A stretch of 62,644 bases of DNA, filler included, from Sphacelaria rigidula (taxonomy: Eukaryota), in assembly GCA_964200075.2 (NCBI GenBank). It is 3 parts of 3 records of this genome, joined end to end, with 100 filler letters (N's around TTAATTAATTAA, not from the genome) between each part and the next. Parts side by side here need not be neighbours in the genome. Positions count along the whole stretch, not along the records: positions 20,950 to 41,770 come from CAXNAA020000491.1; 2 more parts are not named here. One strand, written 5' to 3'. Position numbers and translations under genes: made by a program. Below the pieces are notes generated by a model. That model was not told where the DNA came from, did not search any database, and saw only the letters and a list, made by a program, of their open reading frames with translations. Shown piece by piece: positions 24,501 to 37,647 of this stretch. Position 1 is the stretch's first letter; every line of letters begins with the position of its first letter.

Positions 24501-27500
24501 GTGACTGGTGGCTCTTGAAGCTACAAGGTGCTACCAGTCGAGTATCAAAACGCTTCGCAGACACGCGGCATGGGACAAAATCCGGGGGGTGAAACGATGT
24601 ATATCATTGCAAACCATCCCGTCGATATCCTGTGCTCAGAGACATGAAAATGACGGAACATTTCATAATCATCCAAGAGGATAGTCTGCATCGTCACAGT
24701 TGGCTTCTCGATATCAGGGGGTGGGAGGGTGTTAGCGAGCTGTTTGTAATTTTGATTTACTACCGGAAATTTTCGCTTCTGCCACATGTCAATTATCTTT
24801 ACCGCCATATCCAAATGAACACGGAAATAAACGACCCGTGCGTCTATTATTTTCATATCAACGCACACGATTTTCCATGACATGAACGGCACGACCCGCG
24901 GCACCGTCATATCCAAATGGTTTTTGGGAATATGTACCCTGGTAGCGTGCGGTCGACGAAGGACTAAACCTTGGTGTCGATGGTATCAAACGTTTCTATA
25001 TAGTGTATCGAATGGCTGTTCGTTATCGCCATGTGTGTACGTATAGTGCTTCAAAGTGTAGGTTAGCGTGGTAACTCTTCCATAACTCAAAGTTCCTTCA
25101 TTCAATATTCAAGGCTTCTTTCCTTTTCAAGCTCTCGTTTTTTCTTCTATTTATGTCGGTTTGTGTTAAGGTACAGTGCCCCGTGTGTGTGTCGGACAGC
25201 AACCACCCCTGGCATTCAAGTTCCCCGAGTATAGGGCCTGAGTAGCATGTATATTTGAGCCCAAATTTGTGGGCACACCTACACCTGAAAATATTGCAGT
25301 GGTGGCAAGTTGGTGTCAGCAATAGGAAATTGGGTAGCAAACATTCACACATCATGTAGAGATGCAGTTGAGTGTCGTAGCGCTGTCCTGGCTTGTTTCG
25401 GAAGCGCCGCAAGGTCGACCGTTCTCTTTGCCAGTAGCATGCCAGTAGAAGTTTAGCTGCATGTAGCGAAGATGCGCACTTTTGGTAAGATGTTCTGTGC
25501 GTGCACTCGTTGGAATCATAGGGAAAACCATAGCGAGGGTGGGGCGTGCCTTGCGGAGAACATGTCCAAGTTCATATAAATGTCATGAATTTCGTCGGGA
25601 TATATTGTCCTGGTAGTGGTCCGTCGTCATCATGATTAGTCTAAATATTGGCTTCGTGTCGTATTGGATGGAAATATCGAATATCGACCCGTTTCGATAT
25701 GTATCGGTATTGTATCGGATATGACCCGTTTTTGTTCTCCATATTGATATTTGTTTCAATTGACAACACTAGCGAATGTTGTCCGAATCACGGGTTTGAA
25801 GAATCAAGGGTTTTCGCGTGGACTAAATAAATATTGCGAGTATCATGAAAATTGTCCCAGAATTTCGATCCTCAATTTCCATTTCATGGGAGCCAGTCAC
25901 GCAAGTATATTTTGGGGAGATCACAAGTAATGAAATCGTACTGCCTAAACCTTCATGTAACTTCACCTTTAAAAAAAAGCTTCGACGGCAAGTGCCCCTC
26001 TTGTGATATGATGAACGCGCCTCTTCTCTCCGCCACTACTCTACAGAAACGGTGATGACACACCCACCAGTTTATCGGGTTGTCATACACAACCGGACAT
26101 TACTCACCTTTCGATGGCCGTCAAAATCTGAGACACCTCCGAGCGGGCCCCACACTGATCAACTGTCCTCGGCCGCAGTAAGCACCCCTCCAGCGTTGCC
26201 TGCAGCCAAGTGAAGCCCTCCGCATTTTCCCGACCTCCTCCTTTGACGACGCCATCATTGCTAGCAGCGTCAGCAGCCCCCTCCTCGTCTTGACTAGCCG
26301 TGGCTGACTTGTCAGCCTTTGAGGAACTCTCGGCAGAGGTCGAGGTTTTATCGTCGCTGCTCTTGTTTGTTGTATCGGTGTCTGAGCTCCTGTCGCTTTT
26401 GTTGTTGGGGCCGTTGAGCTCGTAATCGAGGCAAGTGTAGACGCGATTATGTACCGTCTGCTCTTGGGCCTGTTCTGCTTCCGGCGCCCGTTCTGAGCAT
26501 CGTTCCTGATGGTAACGGGGGAAAGCAGAGACATGATTAACTGCCGGGGAGCAGCGGCGCGGGCATCATTCGTGTTCGAGCCATCCACGCCAACACGAGC
26601 GAGGATTTTCATTCTCGCACTCCTCGCTCTTCTCGCACACACAATACTCGTGCCTGATTCGAGTCATCAGAAGTCTGATCCAACAAATTTTCATGTGTGG
26701 TAGCCTAACTAGGTGACGCAGTACTGATCCCTATAACCTTTTACATTGCTGTGATGCCATGGAGAGGCGTTTGAGCAGCGTATACTGTACACCCCCCTTA
26801 ATTGCCCCGAATCACATCGACCGTCGTTCGAACCAGCGCTGAAACGATCCTGCCTGGCCGAGCACCTGCACGTAGTGCACATCCACGAATACAGTGATCA
26901 AACTTTCGCCTCGTCACTCCCCTGTTCGCTTGAATAGACATTAATGGCTAGATATACAAACACCAACAACACCTGGACCTTGGAAAAGTTGGATTATCAT
27001 ACAATACACTTAATACACTATACGCTATATACTAGGCGAGTGAGATTCCCGGCACAAGCAGATCGATGATACTTGGGCAGGAATAGGATACTTCACGGGC
27101 ATGTACGTTCCCGCGACTTCCGACGGTTACGGAATGTCATGTACTGTATCACTCAGCATTCTCAAGCTCTACGTCGTCACGCAAATGGGCATTGATTGCC
27201 GTGTACCGATTATCTGCCCACGCGCACATGGGCGGCAGCAGCGCAGCGGAGGATCAAACTCTACGAGAAAAACGAACCGCTACCTAGCTTCCCCATTCTG
27301 GAGCAATGGTCAACGTGAGTATATCAAGTGAACTTGCGTTCAACATGAGTTTTGAGTCGGTCGATCAGCGATGTCTCATGCCCAGATTTCACGATGCAAC
27401 GGCGACATAGTTGCATTTGGAGTGGTCCGGTTAAAGTGAGATGGTCAACAACAAAAAACGCCCGCCCTCTCGGCTTTCTCTACAACAGCTGGCGCGTCAC

Positions 27501-30500
27501 GCACCTTTCCGTCGGCTTTCTCTTGCACGTCCATGGCAACTGCCTCTTCCGGCGCTGCCTCAACGGACTTGGTATCATCGTTACCATCACCACCACCATC
27601 GTCATCACTCATGTCACCATCATCCGTTGCCGGGTAGGAGACTGTTTCCACGGGGGGTACAGGGGTAGCCAGTATACCACCCAGTCGAAACAGCGATGCC
27701 ATCTGTGTTTGGTGGCGGTGTGTTTATTTGTTGGGAACAAGTTGTGGGGTGATTGAAACGGAGGGTCAACCGGGTTTCGTCGTTGAACGCATATAACAAA
27801 CTTACAATAAATGCAACCTAGTGTGACGCTACGGAAGCAAGATCGAGGACGTCGAAGAACCTCACGAGCACCAGGAGCACCATGAACGTGCTTTGCACCA
27901 TGTCTATTTTCTTGAGCCGCGGCGTGTAGTAGACGACGAGCTACGCCTGTGCGACTAGCTTCGCTCGCACATACCTTCTGTTTTGGTCATGTCTGGAATA
28001 TGTTAGCTGTTAACAGTCGATCAAGTATCGATGACAATCAGCACCGTGGTCTACCCACGTGGGCTAATCTTACCCAACCCGTACCACACATCATCGCTGA
28101 AGATGGAACATGACTGTAGTGCACGACGAACGAAGTTACGCCAATACCCAGGATTCCAGGTCGGCAGTAGACGAACACGTGAACATCGCACCTCTTGCGC
28201 CTGCTTCTCCAGTGCAGCGGCGGCCCCAGCCACCCTGGAATTGGTAGCATCCCTCTTCTTGGCGCCCGCTCCCCCTCGAGAGGAGGAGTTGGGCGCTTCC
28301 GATAGCCATCTCAAGAACAAGCCATCTTTGGTCTTCTTAGATTTTTCCCCCGATGTCGATTTATTGGCGTCAGAACTGCTCTCATCGTCCGTGTACAGGT
28401 ATGCATGGACTCTGGAGTGTGAGCACGGGACGGGATGAAGGGGAAACGGGGGGAACAATGTGTTCGATCAACTTCTCGACACACTTCTGGGGAAGAGGAC
28501 TAACCCACGCGCCAACGGATAAATTTCTCAAAACGGCTCATCCACAGAAGTGTTGAAGACAAATAGTTTTATATCTCAAGTCCTCTTCCGAGCTGCAGTA
28601 TCATGTTATATATATTTCCATGCCATCAGGGATTGGTAACTCGGCCACGAAGATGTGCAGCACCTGCAGCTTGATCCCCCGGCTAAAATCAGCTAAAGCG
28701 CGAGCACTTGAGGAGTTGCAAGGACCGCAACTTGCGCTTGAGGGGTGAAATCCGGCGATCCGATGAAAAATAGAATCATGTTCCAAGACGTGGGAGCATA
28801 CCCATGCCATAATCTACACCACCTCTTCTTCTCGAAAGAAAGTTATTTTGCCTATATTCTTCACTCACACTGCGGGACTTTAGACGGCACGCTTCTTTGT
28901 CAGGGATAGAAATAGGACAGAAAATAAATAGGCTCGGGCTTACGAGCCAACCACATTGTTTTCTCCCAAGACACAGCAAGAACAGGGTATGGACTATCGT
29001 ATTGCAAGTGGTGCACCACAGGCTATACGGTGTATATATATATATATATACCTGCGGTATATTTTCTCTCGAAGCTCCCTAGCGGGCTGCACCTTTGTGC
29101 CGATCTCCCACTTCCCCTGCGCTTCCGGACTGAGAAGGTATTGGTAGACCTCATCTGCCGCAATGATTATCATCCAGTGGGGATGACGGTCGGTTGTGTG
29201 GGGCAGAGGGTAATGCAAGGGATTAAACAAGTGGCCGGCACGTGAATACGTGAAATTTTAAACAAGTCTCACGCTCGACTAGAGCGGTACGCTCAGAGAT
29301 TGAAACCATGAAACATATGTGAGGCTAGCTAACAATGAAAATCCTGTCAGGAGGGGATGGACATCATTTATCCATGCATACCCTTCCAACCAACGTATCA
29401 CATACGAATTTCGGTACGCTCAGGGATCAACGTTTACATTTTCCGGGTGACTGCGCAAAACAAGGCCTACTGGCAAATGGATCGAAGAATAATTTACCCT
29501 TTTCAAATCTGAGACTTCGAAGCGATCTCCACGTAGAGGTGGCCATGTTTTCGGAGGCGCATCATCTTCGAGTTGTGCGCGACTGACGTGACCGAAACTG
29601 CCACTTGAAAAACGACGCAGGACTTCAAAACTTCCAGTGTCTTGTATAATGAACGAACGCCCGATATAGTCATCACAATACAAATCCTCAGCGATAGTGA
29701 GGGCAGGGTTCACCGATAGGGACGAAAGACAAAACTTCAAGACGTAACATACATGCGAATAACGTGGTATGAAACAACCGCGCTGTAAAAGGGGACACCA
29801 TGTAATCACTGTCGCAGTCATGCAAAGTGCGCCTCTGCCACGCCGACAGTATGTCCGGCTAGTGTAGCAACAACAGTGACATATGAGGTACAAGCAATTT
29901 TCTGCACAACAAAACAGTACTGAAACTCAGTGGCAAGGACCAACTACGCGGAGCAAGAACACACAACCACCCTCAATGTAAGATCAAACCAGTATTATCC
30001 CTACTGTCAACAACAATGGATGATGACAATATCTAAAACGACCAGAATAGGGCCGCACCTGTATTGGCATGGGCACTTCCGAGCCTGTCCAGACGGACTA
30101 GAGTCAGGCGGACACATGACTGTGAGAGTCCTGATGCCAGCAGTAGCCGCGGCAGCAGCATCTTTGGGACATACCTGCGTCGCATACACAAAATAAAATA
30201 CATGTGGAAAATGATCAGGGCTCTCTTCGGGATTTTCCCCTCATGGCATTTACCCCGGTAAACCACGGTATTTGGGAAATAGGTCGTTACCGAGATGAAT
30301 CGGGATCACCATTGCCAACCAAACCGTCACCAAGCAAACGACGCCCTCCCGCTCCCATCTAGATCGTTATTTCGCATTCCCGTCCATACAACTACCAAGC
30401 AAATACTGGCATGCCGGTGGGTTCATCATCACCCGAACAAAAACCGAGTGATAATATTGCTCCCTGTTACTCTACCGTAACGCAAAATGAACTCCTAGCG

Positions 30501-33500
30501 CCAATGAACGCCAGATTTTTCAGGAGGACACAAGTATATGTACTGTATCCAACTTATGGAGGATGGGTCATGGGTTCGAATCCCACCAGACTAATCTACT
30601 ATTTTCCTTCATTTTGTGTTTTGCTTTTGAGGTCGGATGCTTCTTCGATGATGGTCAAGGCCCTCCACGATACCGTCGAAGCAAAACGCAGCAGTAGCTC
30701 CGTGCAACGAGAAAGTTGTTGCAATGAGGGCGGGGGCAGCGGGCACGCCCATTGACTTAACTTGAAGATGCACTACTGGATCATTAGACCAATAGGTGGT
30801 TATTAGAATATTGCTCATAATATATTAGTTATTAGCACGTTGTAGATTGCCGACATGCTGTCAGCTTTGATTTCATATTTTTTAGTTTCAAGTTTTTACT
30901 TCGATTCATGTCTGGAAGGGAATGGCAGCGTCGTTCACGGTTTCTGGTCGCTGGACAAGTGGTTGATATTTCTGGGCGTACCTCTGGATTTAGTTTGTCG
31001 TCATTTTTCTTCTGGCCCCGAGCGTCTACCTGTGTTCCGTAGGTTAAGTTTTCATTTGGGTTATGTAAACAACAGGTCCACGTACGATTCATGTTGTTGG
31101 GATCTCGAGGCATAACTTGTAGCCCTGGGCGGACACACGCTGAAAATATTACACACAAAAAACAGCACTACTGTACATTACCATAGTAGTTGGTTCGCTA
31201 ATGGTGGCTGGATACCACGGAAAACGTTAAAATCCTCAAGAAGGCATCCTGGATTGACCCATGGAAATGATGGCAGTCATATTTCACTGTCCGCAGCTAT
31301 TATCGTCATGATACGTTAACGACGGACAGACAGTTACAGCGGCAGACGTGGAAACAGATGGGAGCAAGGCAGCACGTTCGCAAATTCAAAATTTAGGATC
31401 ACACCTTGCCGCGAGAGCCGACATTTGCTGGGAAGGAGCCTGCGCCAGCCGAACCCACAGCTTAACCCCTACGGCATCCTGCTCTTCCCTACGCGTGCTT
31501 CCATCTTCAGATGAAGGCAAGTGAAGCTTCGCCATGCCCACGCCAATCTTCGGTGTAACTGTACTCCGCTTGCCGGTGGGAGACGGAGCTGCGGAGGGAT
31601 TGCCGTCACTCGGCACCGCCGTAGCCGGAGGATGCTCCGCGGGAAACATGACTTCTTGAAGTTCCTGAAAGTATCATGGCGGGACCATGTGTGCGTGAAG
31701 TGGAAATGAGACGGCGCCAGGGAAGGTGGCACGATCATTTCAAACAAAACAAGAAAAAGAAACGCGTGAGTTATCGATAGCACGAATGCCTGGGAGGTGA
31801 TGAATGCAGGAGTCAACTCTTATTTTCTTCGGTTATTATCATGGATGGCTTTAACTTGTCCTGTCCCTTGACACCGGTGCGTCGTCCCAAGAGGTCAACC
31901 CAACTCTCCCCCGTTACCTCCGTGACCGACGGTCGTCACGCATCGAAGCGGCACTCTCACAGCCCGTCGACTTGCATCGACTTATTTTGCCATGGCTAGC
32001 CGTCATGTTTTCATATTTCGGAAACGACAGGAAATTCAATCCTGCGAGATCTGCCCGGACTAGCGTCCAAGTACCATTTCAATCATCGCGGCGCGACGTC
32101 TCATGCAGTGCATGAGCATGAGACGCATGAGCTGTAGAGTACAAAGACGTATCGAAGATGGTCCCGTCGTACGCACTGTGACGGATAGGCTCACTCGGCT
32201 GGAAGAACAACAGTCAAAAATTCGAGCTGAGTAAATAACCGTCTGGGAGTCGCCCATAAAAGCTCTGGTAGATAACAGGTGGTCCTTCGACTCCGTGCGG
32301 ACACATGAAGCGATACTACACCCTAGGTGGACAAACCACGTTCAAGTACACACCACACGCGTAGCAAAGGTCGATACACCACGCTATCAAGAAATCACAG
32401 CTGTTGACAAATCATTTTCGAGGTGCATGCATGATTGACACCGTGCAAATACAACAGCGACATTCCGAAGGGCGGCCCAGAGGTCATCGAAGCGTGGAAA
32501 CAAAAGTGGAAGTGGAAGTGCTCTTCGCCCCAACAACAAGCACAACCCACCGTAACTTTCGAAGAAGCAAGCCCGATCGCCGCGGACAGTACCCCTGCGG
32601 CTAACTTCACTCGTCCACGAGCACCAACCGAAAGCAATATGCCGCATTCCGTCTTTTGTAATCCCCACACACAGCACTCGTCGCGTCACTCCAGCGATCA
32701 AACGGCTACCCACAACACACCAACATGCGATGCCTGCGTCAAAACAAACCTGCAGCTCCGGGGTAGGAGTAACGTCGGCTCTGTGAAAACTCAGCAAGGC
32801 GATTGCCGTCTGGAGAAGCAGGCGAGGCACGAGCACCTTCTTTACCTCCCCCGTGGTACCATCCAGACAAGGGAATTTTGCTTGCGCGTGATCGGCCCAA
32901 ACGCTGCCCTGTGAAATAATGGACACGTGCAAAAGATAAAACTCTTTGAAATCAACGAATCACCTTCAGGCACTTGCAAATGAACACCTATGCCTACTGG
33001 TCATTATTTCCGTGAAAATTCGCAGACGGACACCCGACTCCGGTGGTCATTTTCCAAGTGAACATGAGAGTGATGTCGCGGTAGCCCCCCCAAGAAAGGT
33101 GGTTGGTTTGAGGAAGCAGAATCTATAGCTATCAAAATGAGAAAAATCGACCACACCGAGCGGCTGGGAACTCCAACGCTTGGAATCAGTTTCGCCAATG
33201 TCGCCCACATGAGGTGCTTCATACAATCTGAAACCAGTTATCATGCAGGGTATGGCCATTCTCTTCGTAACATTCTTGGGGTTGGTTACGGGGGGGGGAG
33301 GGAACTATCGCGGCATCATACGTCACAAACAACACGTGCTGGTATCGCCGTAGGATCAACACCGCGGCGAATACGTGCAGCGTTTATTTTTGTCAGACTA
33401 GACAGCGGCGGCAGTCAGAAAGCTTCAATCTTCCTCACGTTGATTAATCTGACGCGGCGGCACAGATGGTTCGAGAACGACACACTAAGCCGATGTACTT

Positions 33501-36500
33501 GATCTTTCCGTTTCGTCACGTTTTAGCCTGCCCTCCACGTGATTTTATGGTATGTACAAAAGAGGACAACTACTGTAACCATTGGCGTATTCAACAAAGG
33601 GGTAACTGGGTGTTAGTCGACTGACGGATAGATTGGTTGACGGTCTCACGTTGACTGACCCGATTGATTGACAAACCCAGCCGTGACCGCAAGGTGACGA
33701 ACATAATCAAAAGGCCCAGAGAGCTCAGAGTGATCAAAACGTGAAAGTAGCCGCGAACACAATGACCGAGGGGGCTTGAGGAGAAAGACATTTGGCGGGT
33801 AGCGTAATATTATTCATTTCCATTTCCTTCCAAGACCCGAGGCCAACCGAAATCGTCGGATCATCTACAAACATGAGCCAGCATTTGTAAGCGGGAAATC
33901 ACGAGATATACAGTGGCCAAAGAACGTTATTTGAGAGGTTCCCCTTGGTTGGAGAAAGGGTATCATGTCTGGTGCTAGGAGCGAGAATTGTTGATTTTAT
34001 GGCTCGTGAATGGACCATGGAATGTGACTCATGACGGACTGGAGAATACGCTTTGTCAGCAGTGGTGATGGGGTGGTGTTCCCTACACACATCATCTTAC
34101 TCGCTCCTTTCCTACTCCTCTCTCCACACAATTTCCTCCGTGTGTATCGCAGTCATAATGAAGACTTCAAAGAGGCCTACTGCAAAAAAGCAGTATTTTG
34201 TCTGGGCACGCAGCACAGGGCTGTCGTTGCTACACAGTCATTCCACCTACGCGGCCATTTTGAAGAGAACAGCACTCTTGATCGACATACTTCAACTTTG
34301 TCAAATTCCGGCTGTTTCGCCCATTCATGTCACCTCAGCGAACAGGTCAACTCCCTCAACGGTTGCTCCTCGCATCGCAGCATTGACGGCGCTCGCTGCT
34401 AAATCAAATGTCTCGGGGTGCCTCTGGAGAGTGCTTGACGCCACCATTTTCCGCCTGTGCGGCAGCCATTAGATGCAACCGATATCATGTGTGCGTTACG
34501 TTGACAAGAAAGTAACAGGATCAAAATAAAATACAATTACGGAGAAACAGGCGGTTGAGAGCGCCGCTTGCAGTAGGGCAGATTTGAGCAATAGTGCGAA
34601 GGCCGAAAGGGTGAATAATTCTAAGGCGGTATAGTCTTTCAGTACGTAGTAGGTCCCTCGGGGATCAATGCGCAACAATCAGTCAATCGATCGTTTCTTA
34701 TCACTCTACCGGCCGCGCTCTCTACATGCCACCTACTCCGTCACGAACTTCTGCGAGCGGACGTGGTACGAGTCAGAAGCTGAATGGTACTTGGTGCGAA
34801 TGGCAGTACAAAAGGCTTAGTGTCCATGTCTCCTTTCGCCAGAAAACCGATATTAGAAGAGGCATTGATCAGACATCGTATATCAGACATGGATCATACC
34901 AGAGTAGTACGAGAAGCAGAATGCCACAAATTCTCACCCATTCAATAGGCGACAAAGTAGAAACGTGAAGAACCAGCGATCCTGCCCCGCCACCCTCCCA
35001 CTCCCCCTGCCGTTGCCTTCGCCTTCCCCGTCTTCCGCTTGTCCACTTCCATCTGCTCCTTCATCCCGGCCGTTGTCTGCTGTCGCCACTCGTGATTCTG
35101 CCACTGTTGTTGTCGCCGGCGTCTTTTTCGGGGTTGGCATTCTGGTGATGAGATCCAGAGATAGGAGCGAGTAACGGAGAGGCTCGGAAGATGTTTCGTA
35201 GAAAACCGATTGTCGTACCGCACCCACCACGAGGGGTGCAACCTGGGCAGCCGAGCGTTTTCACAAGCAAAAGCGGCGAGACAGTGCGAGGAAACCAAAG
35301 GTGACCGGCGGGATGGTATTTTGCCGTATTAGCGGGAGGGAGGATGGAAGGCTGTTTACCATCTCAGGCGCCTTCTGAGACTTATACACGCTAACTCGGA
35401 CAAACCCTTACGCTAATTCTAACCTTGATCCCAATGAAGGCAGAACGTGAACTCTAGAACGAAAGGACGTACATAGTTACCCAGGCAAACTGTGCGCCGC
35501 CTTCATTTTAATCAGCAGGACTAACTTCGGTACCTTTTATTTGTTCTTATTTCGGAATTTGTATTTGATATCGGTTCTTTGATGACTTACACATCGATCG
35601 GAACACGTCGGCACTTGATCATTTTACAGCGGTAATTACGGGTTTCAATCGGCCGTTTCACTTTCAAGCCAGAGATAAATTGTGAGAACCAAGACCATGG
35701 TTCGAATCATACTCGCAAAATCTCTCTCTTCTTAATTCGACCGAAGTGTAAGCCATCAAAGAACCGTTTTCACGGACGAACTACGAATCAAAATATAAAT
35801 ATAAATGCCAACGCGAGCCCTGCAAATGGGGACTGAGGCGCCAATATGAGTGAAAGTCCAGCGAAACTCACATGAAGATCCAAGTCGCACCTGACACGGT
35901 CAACTTTACTCGGAGGGTGAGAGACCACCATCGAGTTTTGTTGTCAGGTCGGACTGGTGTTGTGACGTCGTGGGCGGCTACGACGTTCAGCGACGTACGA
36001 AGCGCGTCATTTTTTACCCTCGGTGGCTACTAATACTAGCCAGTATGCGTTCACAAGTGCCAAATGCCAATACTTTCGACCTGACTATCCACAAATGCTA
36101 CTGCGGTTCTGCAGATTCCGAAACGTTCGCGGCCAAAAATGGCCGGGTCGTGGTGCATGCGCATACGCGGTCACCATATCAACAACGAGAGGACACTGCA
36201 AAGGCAAAGGAACAAGCTACACACACCAGCAACCACCTTTTGAGCGCAACACAAGACTAAGCCATTCCGCAAGCACTACCCACCCCCGTCTTCCCCCTGA
36301 TGCAAACGGCGCACTCACATCAGCCCATGCGGGAAGGTCTCGACACAAAAAGATCCAGCCACATTGTTCTTCATCTGCCTCGGCCTGCGTAACAACCACA
36401 CTTGATGCCCCACGGGCCTCGCCCGCACCACCACCACTACCCGCGGCAGCCGCCGGGGTCCAGGCAATAATGTCGGGCGTCCGCCGCCGCCGCCCGGCCG

Positions 36501-37434
36501 GAGGCGACACCAAGACGTTCTGCAACGCCCTTCGGGCAGCGTCACGCCGACCCTTGTAGGAATGCGAAAGATCTTGTAGCAACAGCGACATGGCTTCAGC
36601 GGCCGCTCCCGCTGTGTTGCCGGAGGTTGCGGAATCTCGACTAATGGATCCTGCGGTCAAAGTTGGGGAGGGGGAATTCCACGGCAGGCATACGAGATAA
36701 TCGTATTTGCGAGAGATAGTTCATCAGCCAATATCTTCAAGGGTGGACGGGCTAATCACATAACAGTCGTTTATACAACCGCTCAGCGCCAGCGGTCGAG
36801 TGCCACAACAGCTGCAACGCCGACGCGATGAAAAACTGCTTCAACCAAGTAGTCAGACACAGCATCATGTCCGGTTGTCGCCTCTCCTGCTCACCCGGAC
36901 CCCACCGCTCACACCCGCAATCCGTACAAACACACCTTCGGCCGCCGCCCGGACCTGCTGCTGCGGTGGTGCCCACACCCGCTCCGCCACACTGTCCCGC
37001 AGGGCCTTCGCCAACCACCTCAATCTCGGCGTCTCCTTCCTGACCGTCCTACCTCGGGCGTCCACCACTCGAGGTGGCGGGCCGTCGAACAGCCCTACCC
37101 AGCCAGATCCCCGCGCCGCCGAGGCACCACTGCTGCCGCCTCCGCCAGCGGCTCTTTCGGCAGCGAGTGGAACTGCCCGGCCCGGCGTATTGGATGGCGT
37201 AGTTGCGGCATCGCTGCCGCGTCGAGAGTGTTGTTTGGGCCGGCTCGGAGTGCCTGTCGCCGCTGTAGAAGGCTTGCTGCTGTTGCTGGAGGCGGCGGTC
37301 GTGAGAGAGGTGGTCGTGGTAGTGGATACCGCGCTTCCCGGTGGTGGGGGCGAGGCGGCTTTGGCAGACTTATTCCCATCCACGGTTTTGGTGACGGAGG
37401 ACAAGACTTCCTTTGCCTGGCGTGCCTGATCTTC
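21168..37434 (-). CDS. INTS1: Integrator complex subunit 1-like, partial multi-exon gene
   Basis: Exons: 36936-37434, 36319-36650, 34938-35242, 34334-34454, 32750-32908, 31405-31664, 30059-30174, 29052-29154, 28192-28411, 27505-27702, 26108-26505, ~23523-23771 (boundaries uncertain), 22685-22812, 21686-22168, 21168-21466. Colinear resemblance to the middle region of human INTS1 as recalled: CGWIFLCRDLPAWADV..AVRQSVFYET vs YQWLLRDLPRLP..ALQQAIHMET; ELQEVMFPAEHPPATA vs ALLDIWFPEEKPLPTA; LLLASGLSQSCVRLTLVRLD vs FVQSFGIPVSSMSKLLQFLD. Confidence 0.72.
21686..22168 (-). CDS. INTS1: INTS1-like exon (GVLLRVLMQ..., basic NLS-like KRKRR, poly-Asp)
   Basis: atccag|GGC ... CAG|gtgcaa. Confidence 0.7.
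22685..22812 (-). CDS. INTS1: INTS1-like exon (GQDAKDAHEDAKEEG...KIDHVFWQAR)
   Basis: ccgcag|AC ... AGG|gtgagt. Confidence 0.68.
23523..23771 (-). CDS. INTS1: INTS1-like exon, frame and donor uncertain
   Basis: strong pyrimidine tract + ccacag at 23772; open frames; the donor giving the required phase is unresolved. Confidence 0.45.
26108..26505 (-). CDS. INTS1: INTS1-like exon (ERCSERAPE...FTWLQATLEGCLLRP...ILTAIE)
   Basis: catcag|GAA ... AG|gtgagt; open frame differs from the ORF-track frame. Confidence 0.7.
27505..27702 (-). CDS. INTS1: INTS1-like exon (MASLFRLGG... acidic)
   Basis: acacag|ATG ... AAG|gtgcgt. Confidence 0.68.
28192..28411 (-). CDS. INTS1: INTS1-like exon (VHAYLYTDD...GLFLRWLSE...)
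   Basis: ctccag|A ... GAG|gtgcga. Confidence 0.72.
29052..29154 (-). CDS. INTS1: INTS1-like exon (EVYQYLLSPEAQGKWE...ELREKIYR)
   Basis: cggcag|AT ... AG|gtatat; phase 1-2. Confidence 0.7.
30059..30174 (-). CDS. INTS1: INTS1-like exon (YVPKMLLPRLLLASGLSQSCVRLTLVRLDRLG...)
   Basis: acgcag|G ... G|gtgcgg. Confidence 0.78.
31405..31664 (-). CDS. INTS1: INTS1-like exon (ELQEVMFPAEHPP...KLWVRLAQAPSQQMSALAA)
   Basis: tttcag|GAA ... AG|gtgtga. Confidence 0.78.
32750..32908 (-). CDS. INTS1: INTS1-like exon (GSVWADHAQ...VPRLLLQTAIALLSF...ELQ)
   Basis: tcacag|GGC ... CAG|gtttgt. Confidence 0.75.
34334..34454 (-). CDS. INTS1: INTS1-like exon (RKMVASSTLQRHPETFDLAASAV...)
   Basis: gcacag|G ... GAG|gtgaca; phase 2-0. 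Confidence 0.7.
34938..35242 (-). CDS. INTS1: INTS1-like exon (VAPLVVGAVRQSVFYETSSEPLRYSLL...)
   Basis: gcccag|GTT ... GG|gtgaga. Confidence 0.78.
36319..36650 (-). CDS. INTS1: INTS1-like exon (MSLLLQDLSHSYKGRRDAARRALQNVL...CGWIFLCRDLPAWAD)
   Basis: ccgcag|GA ... GAT|gtgagt. Confidence 0.78.
36936..37434 (-). CDS. INTS1: INTS1-like exon (EDQARQAKEVL...RLRWLAKALRD...)
   Basis: gcacag|GAA ... AAG|gtgtgt (donor chosen for phase). Confidence 0.7.
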
Positions 37435-37507
37435 CTGTGCTCAGTACGGCGAGGGCACAGGTGGAAGGGATGGGGAGCATAGTGGTGTGAGAAACGTCCT
37501 CAGAAGG

Positions 37508-37647
37508 GGGGGGCGTACTCATTTGTTGATTGCCTTAGTCGTTTGACCATTGACCACGCATCCCTTTCGAGACGGAGGCGGGGCGCACTCATATGTTGCT
37601 CGCCTTAGTCGTTTGACCATTGACCACGCATCCCTTACGAGACGGAG
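37508..37647. repeat. 70-bp tandem duplication
   Basis: gggcgtactc... at 37511 and gggcgcactc... at 37581, near-identical. Confidence 0.85.

Noticed and set aside
27445-27702. MASLFRL... as the first exon of UFD2
   Set aside because: The ATG is directly preceded by a cag acceptor and is in phase with the upstream INTS1-like exon
29497-29641. Extra INTS1-like exon (TGSFEVLRRF...)
   Set aside because: Including it breaks the phase continuity that already joins 30059 to 29154
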